Assembly (NCBI RefSeq): GCF_018350175.1
Contig: NC_058368.1
Coordinates: forward strand, 93,622,001-93,686,000
Source of the DNA: Felis catus
Lineage: Eukaryota
Length of the DNA: 64,000 bases
Reading direction: 5' to 3'
The position numbers and the translations under genes are program-made. Under the pieces are notes generated by a model that did not search any database, was not told the DNA's origin, and was given only the letters and a program-made list of their open reading frames with translations. Positions 11,170 to 24,142 of this stretch are shown in pieces (position 1 is the first letter of the stretch; each line of letters starts with the position of its first letter).

Positions 11170-13849
11170 CTATTATAAAACAAGCAACACGTTACCTCAT
11201 CTGCTAAATCCAAATGTCTTTTCTCAAAATAACCAAAATTCAATTTTGAATGACTCTGACATTTTCAGAACAGTAATTTGGCACTGAATACACTTAGCAA
11301 GGAACAATGGCCAATTTTTATTTAGACGTACTTTGTAATTTTATAATACTGTGTTTTCCTTAAGCTTTAATCTCCAAAGCTCAGCAATAAATAATTAAAT
11401 AGGGAAACAACCTTCAACTTATATACAAAGGAACTTGAGGAAGAAATTAACTGATTTAACCAAAGACACAGGATAATATAATCCTGGAGCTTTTTTTTTT
11501 TTTAATTTTTTTAACGTTGATTTATTTTTGAGAGAGAGAGAGAGACAGAGACAGAGCATGTATGGGGGAGGGGCAAAGAGAGAGGGAGACACAGAATCCA
11601 AAGCAGGCTCCAGGCTCTGAGCTGTCAGCACAGAGCCCAACGCGGGGCTTGAACCCACACAAACCACAAGATCATGAACTGAACCAAAGTCAGATGCTTA
11701 ACCAACTGAGCCACCCAGGCACCCCTTTTTTTTTTTAATTTTTAATGTCTATTTATTTTTGAGAGAGAGAGAGAGACAGAGCATGGGGGGAAGGGGAATA
11801 TAATCCCAGAGCTTTTAATTCATTTCTAATTCAGGCAACTTTTGACCCCTTCTATCCTATTCCAATTTTTTACGAGATGTTAAAACAGTTAAAACTCAGG
11901 AAGATGACATCTTTTACTAAGGTATCAGAATGTAACTCTTCTCTTCAAATTAATGTACTTTAATTAAAATTAAATTTTACATGACTTTATGCAAATTATT
12001 TAACCTCTGAACCCCTGAGTTTTTCTCTTCTGAAAACTGGGGATAAGAGAAATAATTTGGGGTTTTTTTGAAGATGGGAAAAGATTATTTACATAAAATG
12101 CCCACCACAATGGTACATAGTCTGTACACACAGAGATTATATTCCCTGTACATGCAGCTCTTCCTCTATTTGGCTATAAAATGATCCTATCTGCAGTACT
12201 GACTGAACATTTTGAATGTCTGTAGCATCAGAGACCAACTTGATTCTGAAAACAAAACCAGCAGAGCCCACGTATGCAGCCATCATTATAGACCCATAAG
12301 CAGCAGCCATCAGAAAAAATGCTTCAAACACATTCTTAAAAGTTGACATGTGGAAGAACTACACTGTGCATTTCCCAGTGTCTTCTGGCCAACATTTCTA
12401 ATGAAAGGAAATTTTTTTCCAGATTCCTTTCTCTGTTTCCTAAACCCAACAGGCAAAAAAAAATTTTAAAGGATAGGGCGCCTGGGTGGCTCAGTCGGTT
12501 GAGCGTCTGACTTTGGTCATGATCAGTCAGGTCACGATCTCATGGTCCATGAGTTCAAGCCCCGCGTCAGGCTCTGTGTCGACAGCTCACAGCGTGGAGC
12601 CTGCTTCAGATTCTGTGTCTCCCTCTCTCTGCCCCTCCCCAAATCATGCTCTGTCTCTCTCTCTCTCTGTCAAAAATAAACTGTAAAAAAAAAAAAAATT
12701 TAATAAAATTTTTTAAATGCTAGGCAGGAGGGAAGGAAGGAAGGGGGACAGAGGGTGGTGACATTTTGGTAGTAGTTCAATGAGAGATCACAACATTAAA
12801 CTCAAAAGATCATTACGCATAGGTAAAAAGGGGGATTTTTTTTTTCCAGCTAAGTGTAATTATAGAAAAAAAGACCGTGTCACAGTCCTCACTGAGCAAA
12901 AGTCAAGAATGCAGACAAATTGTCCAATGGGAAAGATTCTTAACTGACGAGCTGACCAATGCAGCTTAGGTCAAAGGTATAAGAAGCTAGGTAATTTCTC
13001 CAGGATCCCAAGGAATGAGCGTCTGCATGAACAGGTGACGTGAGAGTTCCTCCATTTTCAGCCTACTGAATCACAAACTCAGCAACGGGTCCTGGGTCTC
13101 CCTTATTTCAGAAGTAAGGCCAGGGGCACCTGGGTGGCTCAGTCAGGTAAGCGTCTGACTCTTGGTTTCAGCTGAGGTCATAATCTCACGGTTCAGGAGA
13201 TGAGGCCCCATGTCAGGCTCTGCACTGACAACACAGAGCCTGCTTGGGATTCTCTCTCTCTCCGTATCTCTCTGCTCTTCCTTCCTACATGTGCTCGCTC
13301 TTTCTCTCTCTCTCAAAATAAATAAACATCAAAAAGTAACAAGAAGTAAGGGCAGCATGACTGAGGACCAGTAATAAAACAAACCTAAAACGACCAAAGA
13401 TACAATCCCTGAAGCAACCTACCAGGTAGGTGATAATTTACCAAGGATTGGGGGATTATATGAAACACAGAGAGTTTTTCAATCAGACAAAAATAGGAGA
13501 CACAAAATCACACTTTTCAAGTACATGGGAAAACAACTTACTTAGGGTGGGGAATGCAATCAGTGAATATCAGGGGGAAAAAATTAGAAACAAAGGCAGT
13601 GATGGCGATAATGCTGCTCATTTGCATAATTTCTCAATTTTCGAGCCCATTTTGGGAAATAAAATCTCAAGAAGTAACAGTCTCACACTAGCTAGGATAT
13701 TGTTATATTGAATCACAGCTTCTACAGTGATCAGGAGTAATGGCCCTTCAGTTTATTTTAAATAGAGGAAGAGAAACACACATCAAGATCGGTGAACATT
13801 TGGAATTTTAAAAGAACCCAGTCCTATCTTTATTTTTTAAATGCTACCA

Positions 13850-14345
13850 ATTCTCTTCACTTGTTTTACTGAAGTGTAATATACAAGCAGAAAATGGTCT
13901 ACGTAAGCGTGGAGATCGATGAACCTTTGTAAACATGTCCATGTAACCCGCATCCGGATTAAATGGAGGAATGCTACCGGATCCCAGACACCATCCCTAT
14001 AACCTTTCCAGGCACCCATCCTTCCCCTCCCCACCCTTCAATAACGCCTATCCTGAATTCTAACCAGAGGATCCAGCTTCCCTTTTGTTGGTACTTTTTA
14101 CAAAAGGAATGGGTTAGTTTGTACCCCTTTGTCTCTAGCATCTTCCTTTCAATACTATTGCAAGATTCAGCTACACTGTTGCATATGGTTGTAGATACTC
14201 ACTCTACCTCTGCTCAACTTCCACTGTTGACGGATGTGTGGGTAGTTTCCACTTTGTGGCTGTTCCAAACAACACAGAGATGGAACATTCTGATACGTAT
14301 GTTTTGGTGAACGTATGTCAGGTATATATACTTAGGGATAGCCGG
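13850..14345 (-). mobile_element. Old LINE-1 fragment
   Basis: Degenerate reverse L1 3' UTR/ORF2-end motifs such as ccactgttgacggatgt...tttccactttgtggct. Confidence 0.55.
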
Positions 14346-14715
14346 CATTTTAAATCAACCTGGTCCCAAGCACACACAGTATGTATTTCAGATGCATTCT
14401 GTTCATTTTGTAAAATGCTGATAATTGGCAAAGCGATCATTTACCTCATGTGACTACTTCTGACACCGTAACCGCCACGTGAAGGGGGAGTCATCCTCTG
14501 CCCTGTGCTTCAATATAATTTAATCACTGCCCCTATCAGGAGCTGATCACACATTGTAACTTAGTTCTCACACATGTTTTCCTAGTCCCAGAAAAGCAGG
14601 GGTGAAATTGAACACGATCCTGTAAGCCCAGCGTGTCCACTACCCTCAGGGTTTTGTGAAGGAACACATTCTCTAAATGGATAAATAAAAACATGCAAAC
14701 CAGGTTAGCACTTAC

Positions 14716-14811
14716 CTCGGTTTCTTTCATTAACAAGTTGAGTTCAGAAATTTGACTCTTCACCTGGCTCTCCTTGCCAATAAGGTAATCAATATCCTTT
14801 GAAAGCTTTTC
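14716..14811 (-). CDS. TRIM36: TRIM36 exon 5 (coiled coil)
   Basis: Acceptor ctctaacag|, donor GAG|gtaagt; 96 nt, phase 0/0; EKLSKDIDYLIGKESQVKSQISELNLLMKETE. Confidence 0.95.
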
Positions 14812-14956
14812 CTGTTAGAGCATATCAGAAACACAAATAAACAGAAGCAGGAGTTTAACAAAGGCCTCACAGGTTTTTCCTGCTTTTATTTATTTATTTT
14901 TTTTCACACAATACCCATCTTCTTCTTTAGCCTATGATGAGAACTGGAGACTGTCA

Positions 14957-14957
14957 T

Positions 14958-15016
<59 letters not shown>
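14957..15016. repeat. (TA)n microsatellite
   Basis: About 30 units with one CA interruption. Confidence 0.95.
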
Positions 15017-15031
<15 letters not shown>

Positions 15032-15230
15032 AATGTTTATCTATTCTCGAGAGAGAGAGAGAGAGAGGGTGAGTGAGGGGTAGGAAGAGAGGGAGACACA
15101 GAATCTGAGGCAGGCTCCAGGCTCTGAGCTATCAGCACAGAGCCTGACGCGGGGTTTGAACTCATGAACTGTGAGATCATGACCTGAGCCAAAGTCAGAT
15201 GCCTGACCGACTGAGCCACCCAGGTGCCCC
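14961..15230 (-). mobile_element. Can-SINE with 16-bp TSD and (TA)n in the tail
   Basis: TSD tggagactgtcattat at 14945-14960 and 15231-15246. Confidence 0.9.
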
Positions 15231-15492
15231 TGGAGACTGTCATTATTAACTCGGAGTAAACAGTTACTGGCCTTGAACACTGCGGTCCAAGGACACAGGA
15301 GACATTAGAAGCAGGCTGGATAAGAGAACAAGGCAGTGATGCTCAGACTGGTATTCAAAAACCTGGAATATATATATAATACATTTTTGTTGTCTCCTCA
15401 TCACTCCCAAAGGTCTTCCTCCTCAGGCTTCTGAGTAAATGGAAGAATAGCAAACGGGAGTGTGTCCTCCATCAGATTTTGTTAATTCATTC

Positions 15493-15508
15493 CCTCTCTC
15501 TCTCGTGT

Positions 15509-15548
<40 letters not shown>

Positions 15549-15580
15549 GTTCTCTCTCACACACACACACACACACTCAC
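15493..15580. repeat. Compound (CT)n(CA)n microsatellite
   Basis: Read directly. Confidence 0.9.
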
Positions 15581-16968
15581 AACCCAAACGGCAACAAAGA
15601 CCCTTCTAAAATAAACTTCACAGTCTAGCCCAGGTGAGCTACTCATTATATAATTACACATACGTGAAAATGAAAATATAGATGTATAAGAATAGAGCTC
15701 ATTAGGGGCACCTGGGTGGCTCAGTCAGTAAGCGTCCAACTTCGGCTCAGGTCATGATCTCACGGTTCATGGGTTCGAGCCCTGTGTCAGGCTCTGTGCT
15801 GACAGCTTGGAGCCTGGAGCCTGCTTCAGATTCTGTGTCTCCCTCTCTCTCTGCCCCTCCCCCTCTCACACTCTAGGTCTCTCTCTCTCTCTCAGAAATA
15901 AACAGTAAAAAAAAATTTCTTTTTAAATAGAGCTCATTAAGCTACCAGAGCTCATTAAAGAACTTCTTTATAAAGGAGTGATTCTGAAATTAGCATGCTT
16001 ATTGTAGAGATAATATAATAGGTGTTGGTGAGATCCCTCATTTAGCCCAGAAAAAATAACACGTAATATGACTGAAGTATATTAAAACACAAACAAAAAA
16101 GCCTTGAAGCACCATGGGGTTCAAAGTTATGAGAGACAAGTGTACTCAGAGTCTAAATATGCATAAGAATATCCTGAGCTGTCGCCCTAACGAGAGGATC
16201 TGAGGATTTCTCAGTCACTGCTGCTGGCCTGAGGGGCTCAACAAGGAACAATTCCAGGAGCTAACTCGAGGCTGGGAGAGCCCTGTGCCTCACCAGCCAA
16301 ACTAAACAAGCAAAAAACAAATTAAAAAACCCTCAACATTCACGGGGCATCCAGAAGAGTAAACCACGTAAGGTTTTGCTTCAACGGTCTGGTACAACTA
16401 GTCCCAGAACTAACTGCCGCTCTGTCCTGGCAACCGAAGCTTAAAAGCAAGTCAAAGAAGGAGCAAACTGTGTCGAAGTAACTTACTCACACGCTAGAAG
16501 AAAACTCAAGAACATCTGTAGGATACAGATACAGGGCTCAACAAGGTAAAATTTACAATACCATACAAATCACACTGAAAAGAAAAATCAGCCACAACTG
16601 AGCTTGTGAGGTGCCTGGGTGACCCAGTGGCTTAAGCGTCTGACTCTCGGTTTTGGCTCGGGTCCTAATCTCAAGGTTTGTGAGTTCGAGTCCCACATCG
16701 GGCTCTGCGCTGACAAGGGCAGAGCCTGCTTGGGATTCTCTCTCTCTCTCTCTCTGCCCCTCCCCATCAGTACCACAAAGAACTACCTGGTTAAAAACAC
16801 TAACAACCTAATATTAGTAGAACACTGAGTGACTCTTTACATTGTTAACTCATTTCAGTCAAACAAGACCACAAAGGAAGCTAGGATCTTATGAAGACAA
16901 AGCTAAAGGCACAAAGCAAAACAGTTATAAAGACCCAGAATCGAGTTCCAAAACCACACCAATCCTAC

Positions 16969-17115
16969 CTTTAAGGTCTTGTAGGCACTGCTCATAGTGG
17001 TTACTCGGTGATTGGAATGATTGCCGCCCAGCTTACAGAGGTGACAAACCGGTCTCCGACACAACTCACAGTACATGTTAATTCTCTCAGTTTCATGTTC
17101 TGGGCACATTAAGAT
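16969..17115 (-). CDS. TRIM36: TRIM36 exon 4 (B-box 2)
   Basis: Acceptor cattccgtag|, donor AAG|gtagga; 147 nt; ILMCPEHETERINMYCELCRRPVCHLCKLGGNHSNHRVTTMSSAYKTLK. Confidence 0.96.
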
Positions 17116-18439
17116 CTACGGAATGAAGAACCAAAGTGCAATTAAGGGTCAGCAGAGTTTGCCGGATACTCACAAAGTCCCTAAGGTACAAAGACGTGCT
17201 TTATAAAATCACCAAATAAAGCCACTGAAATACATAAAAGTGTGAAAAGAAGAAGCGTAAAAGCATTTGGTATATCGTATGAAAATTTTCTGTATACAAT
17301 TACTATTTTTCAGTTTGAGAGTTCAAATGGTCAGTTAAATATATAGATCTTGTCGCCCTTAAACTTGGTGGCAAGAAGATGAACATTTCATTCCTATCAG
17401 ACTTGCATGCTTAACCAGGCCAGAAAGGCCCTCTGGCCACACTGAGTAGGCAATTCTTAAGGACCATGACCCATATTTTTGTAAGGCCCAATAGCAAATG
17501 GCTGATGGGAACCCATGGCTTCACCATCTTCATAAGCAATCTGCACCTGGCTGACTCAGTCAGTGGAGCAGGTGACTCCTGATCTCAGGGTTGTGGGTTC
17601 AAGCCCCACGTTGGGTGTAAAGATTACTTAAAAATAAAAATTAAAAAAAAAAAAAAAAGGGACGGGGCACTTGGGTGGCTCAGTCAGTTGGGTGTCCAAC
17701 TTCAGCTCAGGTCATGATCTCACAGTTTGTGAGTTTGAGCCCCACATCGGGCTCTGTGCTGACAGCTCAGAGCCTGGAGCCTGCTTGGGATTCTGTGTCT
17801 CCCTCTCTCTCTGCCCCTCCCCCATTCATACTCTGTGTCTCTCTCTCAAAAATAAACATTTAATTAATTAATTAAAAAAAGAAAGAAAGAAAAAGAAATC
17901 TGTTACTGAGGAGTCTTAGAACACTTTATGATACAAGCCTCCAGATATTTGCTTTTACATATTAATCATGCACACAATTACCAAACTTAGAATTGTTTTT
18001 TTGGTTTGTTTTAAGATGTAAGCTTCTACCTTCTTTTTTACTCTGAAAACTATCATCATAAGTATGCCTGAAACTGTACACGAGATAACTGGGTTCATTT
18101 GCAAGAAAGCGGAGATTCCTTTAGACTAGTGTGTCAATGAAATTAAACAGTTATCGGGGGCTCTGACAGTTCAGATTTTGTGCCACTACAACTGGTTTGG
18201 TAACACTGAGACAAAAAGTAACATCCGATATGAAAAGTCTTGATACGAATGTGCAGGTCCAGGAGAAAAATAGAGGAAAAAAATTCAAATTCTTCAGCAG
18301 GTCCGACTGCCTACATTCTCAAAGCCATTACATGTATTTATTTAATCATTACCTTAGTTCCAGCATAGTTAGCATACAGCGTTATATTACTTTTCAGAGC
18401 CATTACGTTTATTATTTGTACCTTTTAAATATGTTTCTT

Positions 18440-18650
18440 TTTTTTTTAACGTTTATTTATTTTTGAGACAGAGAGAGACAGAGCATGAACGGGGGAGGGT
18501 CAGAGAGAGAGGGAGACACAGAATCCGAAGCAGGCTTCAGGCTCTGAGCTGTCCGCACAGAGCCCGACACGGGGCTTGAACCCACGAACCGTGAGATCAT
18601 GACCTGAGCTGAAGTCGGATGCTTAACCGACTGAGCCACCCAGGCGCCCC
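18440..18650 (-). mobile_element. Young felid-type Can-SINE
   Basis: CpG-rich; TSD taaatatgtttctt at 18426-18439 and 18651-18664. Confidence 0.9.
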
Positions 18651-21243
18651 TAAATATGTTTCTTAAGTAATCCCAATGTAGGGCTCGAACCTACAACCCC
18701 AAGATCAAGAGTCGCACGCTCTACTGTCTGAGCCAGCCAGGCCCCCCCAAAAGCCATCACCTTTAAGATAAGTTATAAAATTTGGCTTTCTGCAAGGAAT
18801 GATGACAAGAACTCAGAGTTACTGGCAAATACTTTACCTTCGTAAAATTTTTGTAAAATTTGTAAAATTTCACTATATTCAGGAACACTAACGACTTGAA
18901 GGGAAATAGTTTCTTCCTCAATATAACTTACCCCTATATCTTCAGCTTCTTTCTTACCAACCTTTCATTATATTTGTAAACAGAATTAAGTCTGCAATAC
19001 TCTGAAAATGTTACTCAAGATTTCATGAGTCTGTAAGTCATAAAAACCCAAACCTAATAGAATTCATTTAATAATCAGGTTCTTTCATAATGGAACAGTA
19101 TTAATCAACTTAATTAATCTGTGTTTAATTAAAACACAAAGCTTATGGCATGCATATGTATATATGTGTACATATATAATTTTTTAAGTAGGCTCCATGC
19201 CCACTGTAAGGCTTGAACTCATGACCCCAAGATCCAGAGTCGTGTGCTCTGGGTAGAGCCGCCAGGCATCCCTGAAGGCATGAATTTTTCTAAAAGTATA
19301 CAACCTGGAGCATTTAAAATGAGATAAGGAACATAACAGGGGGTTAAAAATCATTTGATAAATCTATTGCCACAATGACATAGTTTGAAAAACAAGCACA
19401 GAAGTTTAAAAAGCATACAAGTACAGACTGTTTTTGTTTTAATCTACCAGCCCTGCACTTAATAGGATGTAAGAGGGGGCGCCCGGCTAGCTCAGTCAGT
19501 AGAGCACGTGACTTAGGATCTTGGAGTTGTGAGTTCAAGCCCCACACTAGGTATAGAACTTACTTTAAAAAAAAATAAAAAAGATGGAAGCACCTAGGTG
19601 GTTTGGTCAGTTAAGCATCGGACTTTGGCTAGGTCATGATCTCATGGTTCATGGGCTCGAGCCCTGCGTCTGGCATTGTGCTGACAGCTTGGAGCCTGGA
19701 GCCTGCTTTGGATTCTGTGCACCCCCACCTTCCTCTCTCTCTACCCCTCCCCCACTTCCTCCCTCCCTCCCTCCCTCTTTCTCTGCGCCCCCACCTTTCT
19801 GTCTCTAAAACAAAACAAAACAAAACAAATGATGGGGGCACCCGGCTGGCTCAGTCAGTTAAGCTAGTCTGACTTCAGCTCAGGTCATGATCTCCTGGTT
19901 CGTGGGTTCGAGCCCTACATCAGGCTTTCTGCTGTCAGCAGAGCCCGCTTCGGATCCTCTGTTTCCTGCTCGTGCACACACACTCTCTCTCAAAAATAAA
20001 TAAACATTTAAAAAAAATGATACAACAAATACTCAGCTCATAGTTTCAAGATTACTTTGGGGATTTTTTTTCCCATTTTTTTATTACAAATTAAAGAGAA
20101 AAATTTTGGGCTCAAGAATGCAAATAAATTTTCATACACAAGTTACTAAGTTGTAATGAATAAGAACTTTAACCAAAAGAATCAACTAGTTTTTCTAAAT
20201 CTGCATAAATCAGAAAGCAGTATTAGTGAAGCTATCCAAACATTCTTCTTGTCAGTCACAAAGCAGGGCAAACAACAATGCATAAAGTTCTTTTGAGCAT
20301 GACCATAGAAATTACCCAGAAAGGTTAAGAAATATGACTTCCACTTCAGATATTACATTAACATTATACCACAAGCTTCAAAATATTAGGCTGTACTTAC
20401 TCTTACTTACTTAGAGCACAACTGTAGCTAACTAAAAATGTCAAAAAAAAAAATGTTTCCCAATCAAAATCTTTTACACAAGTGTGACCCTAACACATTA
20501 AAGCACAAAGCTTTTTAACTTGATAATCATTTCAATCTTGGAGAGAACTCAACCTTTCCCCTATTTGCAGAGCTTTCGTTAAGAACCTTCACCTTCGTGC
20601 ATTGTGCTGCATTACACTGTTGTAACCCGGTGAACCAGAATATTGCCTTTAGGCTGCGGGGATGTTTAACAACAGACTAAATTAACTCCAAACACCAGGC
20701 CTTGGTTTCTGGTACAGGCTTTTTTTTTTTTTTTTTTTTTATGTGCTCATTTTAACCTACACGTTTCTACGTGCATGTACCATCCATTTTACCTACGGAT
20801 TTATTTTGTAAATAAGCTCTATGCCCAACGTGTCGCTTGAACTCTAGATCCCGAGATCAGGAGTCACATGCTCCACTGACTGAGCCAGCCAGGTGCCCTG
20901 CACCCCACCCCCCATACAGGCTTTTCAAGTTATTTCCATTCTTGCTGTCAAGTTCTTTTTTTTTTTTTTTTTAATGTTTATTTATTTTGACAGAGAGAAA
21001 GAGAGTGCACAAGCAGGGTAGGGGCGGAGAGAGAGAGAAAATCCCAAGCAGGCTTTGCACTGTCATTGCAGAGCCTGACATGGGGCTGGAACTCAAGAAC
21101 CATGAGATCATGACCTGAGCCGAAATCAAGAGTTGGACATTGAATTGACTGACCCACCCAGGCGTCCCTTCCTGTCAAGTTCTAGTCTTGTAATAATTCC
21201 TTTTGTAATACTGATATTCTAACTAAATCCGAACTTCTCTTAC

Positions 21244-21569
21244 CTTGGGCCTGAAATTCGTGGTTGGGCCCACGTACTCATGCTGAGCTTTCACGGTACC
21301 CCACGGGTGGTAAATTTTGAAGCACTCATTGCAATAGCTCGCGCTACAGTCCATGCAACTTTTTGTGGACTCCTGCGGTGGGGGTTTGCAGAGGTCACAC
21401 ATGATGGCCGTGGCTGCCCTGGCTGCCTGCCGGTACCTCTCCACAATGGTCTCCAAAGTGAAATTGCGAAACAGACCATTGATTCCTCGTTCTCCAAGAT
21501 CCACGTCATGCTCACAGCCAGGGCAAGGAAAAGTGGTGGTCCTAGGGGTCAGGGAGCTGCGCTTCCAGC
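21244..21569 (-). CDS. TRIM36: TRIM36 exon 3 (end of RING, B-box 1)
   Basis: Acceptor aattacacag|, donor AAG|gtaaga; 326 nt; [28 protein letters not shown]...[34 protein letters not shown]...NFRPK. Confidence 0.95.
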
Positions 21570-23788
21570 CTGTGTAATTGGAAGTCCTTGTTTAGTTACG
21601 GCAGTAGGAAAACCAACAGAATGAAGACAAAAGAAGAGAGATTTTGGAAAGAGAAATCTACAAATATATACCCACTCCCAAACTAATACTCAAAGTGGCT
21701 CCACTTGAATTGGTCTGTTTTCTGAAAATGCTTCACGCTTGTTTTTCCTTGGTATGCAAAAGACAAGCCCAAATTGTTAAATAGGTATTAAATCAAAGCA
21801 GAAAGGAAAACCCTCTATAGTAAACCCCACACAAAACCACATCAAATCAAACAGATGTAAGGAAAAAACATGTAATACAATACTACACGGGGTCAGGATT
21901 TTTTTGAAATCATATAATTATACATAATGACTTTTATATGTCACCTCCAAAGTAATTTCGTTTTCATTTAAATGAAGACAGCCTTGGCTGATGACTAGGA
22001 AATGAGTTCAGACATAAATGAACAAGAGTCCCTAACCAGTGCTCCATGGATAGGCTCCAGAAGGATCCAAATCGTCTGGCAAACTCTTCGAAATTGTACG
22101 CAAGATTTTGCATCAATATACCTATGCTTATTTTCTGGTTCAACAATCCATAACTATGATCAGATTCTCAGACATACATAACCACAAAATGGTTAAGGAC
22201 CACTGCAAAAGAGAGTTTCCCACGGTAGTATTGTTTTATCTGGGTAGGCAAAATCATTAGTTAATGGAGTGCAATCTATAAAAGAGTGAAAAGCCCATCC
22301 ATAGACCTAGAATCTAGTGACTTTAAGAGAGACCAACCATTTAGAATCTTCTTATGACCTGAAAAAAAGAATCATTAAAATTACTTAACTCGTTAAGCCA
22401 AAAGCTACCCAAAAAGTATTACAAATAACTTTCCAATCTATACATAATACACTGAATGACCTTAAATAGCATGCTTTGGTTCAATATTATCTGGATTTTA
22501 ACAAATCAAGAAACCAAGACACGACCGTCCTTACCCACAGGTTCACAAGAATCCAGGGGTTGTCTCTTTAACACAGGTGTATGCATGCCATTAATTCCCC
22601 GCTCTCATTTATAAATCTACCCTTAGAGTACGTAGTCTTGATTGCCCACAAAATCACCTAAATATAAACACAAACTCCTTAACCTACAGCCTTCCTTCAC
22701 TCTGCCGTGGATCCAGTACGGAAAATGAATGGTGCAACTCAGTAGATCCCATTAGAAAAGGTCTTTCTACAGCTACATTAATAATGTCTTGGCATATTTA
22801 TTCTCCACTGGAAGTGACTTTACAACATGCTAAGAGTGCACTGGGTCCCAAAAACTACTTACTTAACAAACATGCAGAATACTTGTATTATCTTCTTTTA
22901 AGGATATTTTAACCTTTACATTTCTAAACATACAAAAAAACCACATACCAAAAAAAAAAAAAAAAAGTTTCCCCATAACAGTTTGAAAAGTCTATTTAAA
23001 GTATATTCTAATAATTCTCAAAACATGCAACACAGTCCAAGCGAGATATTTCACAACACAGCAGGCACAGAACGAAATAAGCAGCAAAGCCACTTTTAAG
23101 ACACATGCCAATGAAAAATCTCAGTCAGTGAAACAAAACAAGCCACATAATTTTGGAAGTGATTTAGTGCAGTGGTCAAGTTGAAAGTAATGGAAAGTCA
23201 CATTTAACTGCATGCTTCCACATGTGAACCAGGTGACAAATTAAAATGGAGAATCCCAACAGACAATGTTTAACAAAAATGGGTTATTTATCACTGGTTT
23301 TACGAATTGAAGGTTGCTATCAGTTTAAGTGACAGGATCAAACCAAATTAAATCACGACAACAAAGTCATGCTTTAACCTGTATACTGGTGACACCCAGA
23401 TTGTGGTCTTCAAGTTCAGAAATTTCAAAAAAGATGTTGTGTCCCTTTTCTGTAAACCTCTTTTAACTTTTAACAAAAATAAGGTATCAAGCATCACACT
23501 AATTTTCATAAATCAGGCAAAATATTAAATCAATAAATCTTAGCTGTTTTCCTAACAGATCTTTTAAAAATTCTCATATTTTTTGGCAAATACAAAGACA
23601 TTTATCTTTTATTTCATCTGTCATGGACTTCTACCACTGTTTTCAAAAACAAACAATAGAACATATGTTCGGGGCAACAAAGAAACAGAACACATCTAAA
23701 GATATTCTGGGAAGTAAATCTAGTGGAAAAAAAAAAATCAAGACAGGGGAACTAAGAATAAAATGTAATAGAGTCAACTTTTTCCTCT

Positions 23789-24142
23789 CTAGAACTGTGC
23801 TGTCTACCATAGTAATAATTTAGCCAAATATCACTATTTAAATTTAAATCAAAGATTCAGTTTCTAGGGCACCTGGGTGGCTCAGTCGGTTAAGTGTCTG
23901 CCTTCAGCTCAGGTCATGATCTTGCAGTTCGAGCCCCTATCAGGCTCTGCGCTGACAGCTAAGAGCCTGGAGCCTGCTTCGGATTCTGTGTCTCCCTCGC
24001 TCTCTGCCCCTCCCCCACTCCCTCCCTCCCTCTCTCTCTCAAATAAACACTAAAAAAAAAAATTCAGTTCCTCGGCTGCACTAGCCACATTTCAAATTCT
24101 CAAGAGCCACATGTGACTGCTGGCTCCCATACTGTACAGAGC
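23789..24142. mobile_element. MER3-like hAT/Charlie MITE interrupted by a SINE (about 23867-24062)
   Basis: ctgtgctgtc start; cactagccacatttcaa...agccacatgtg core. Confidence 0.65.
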
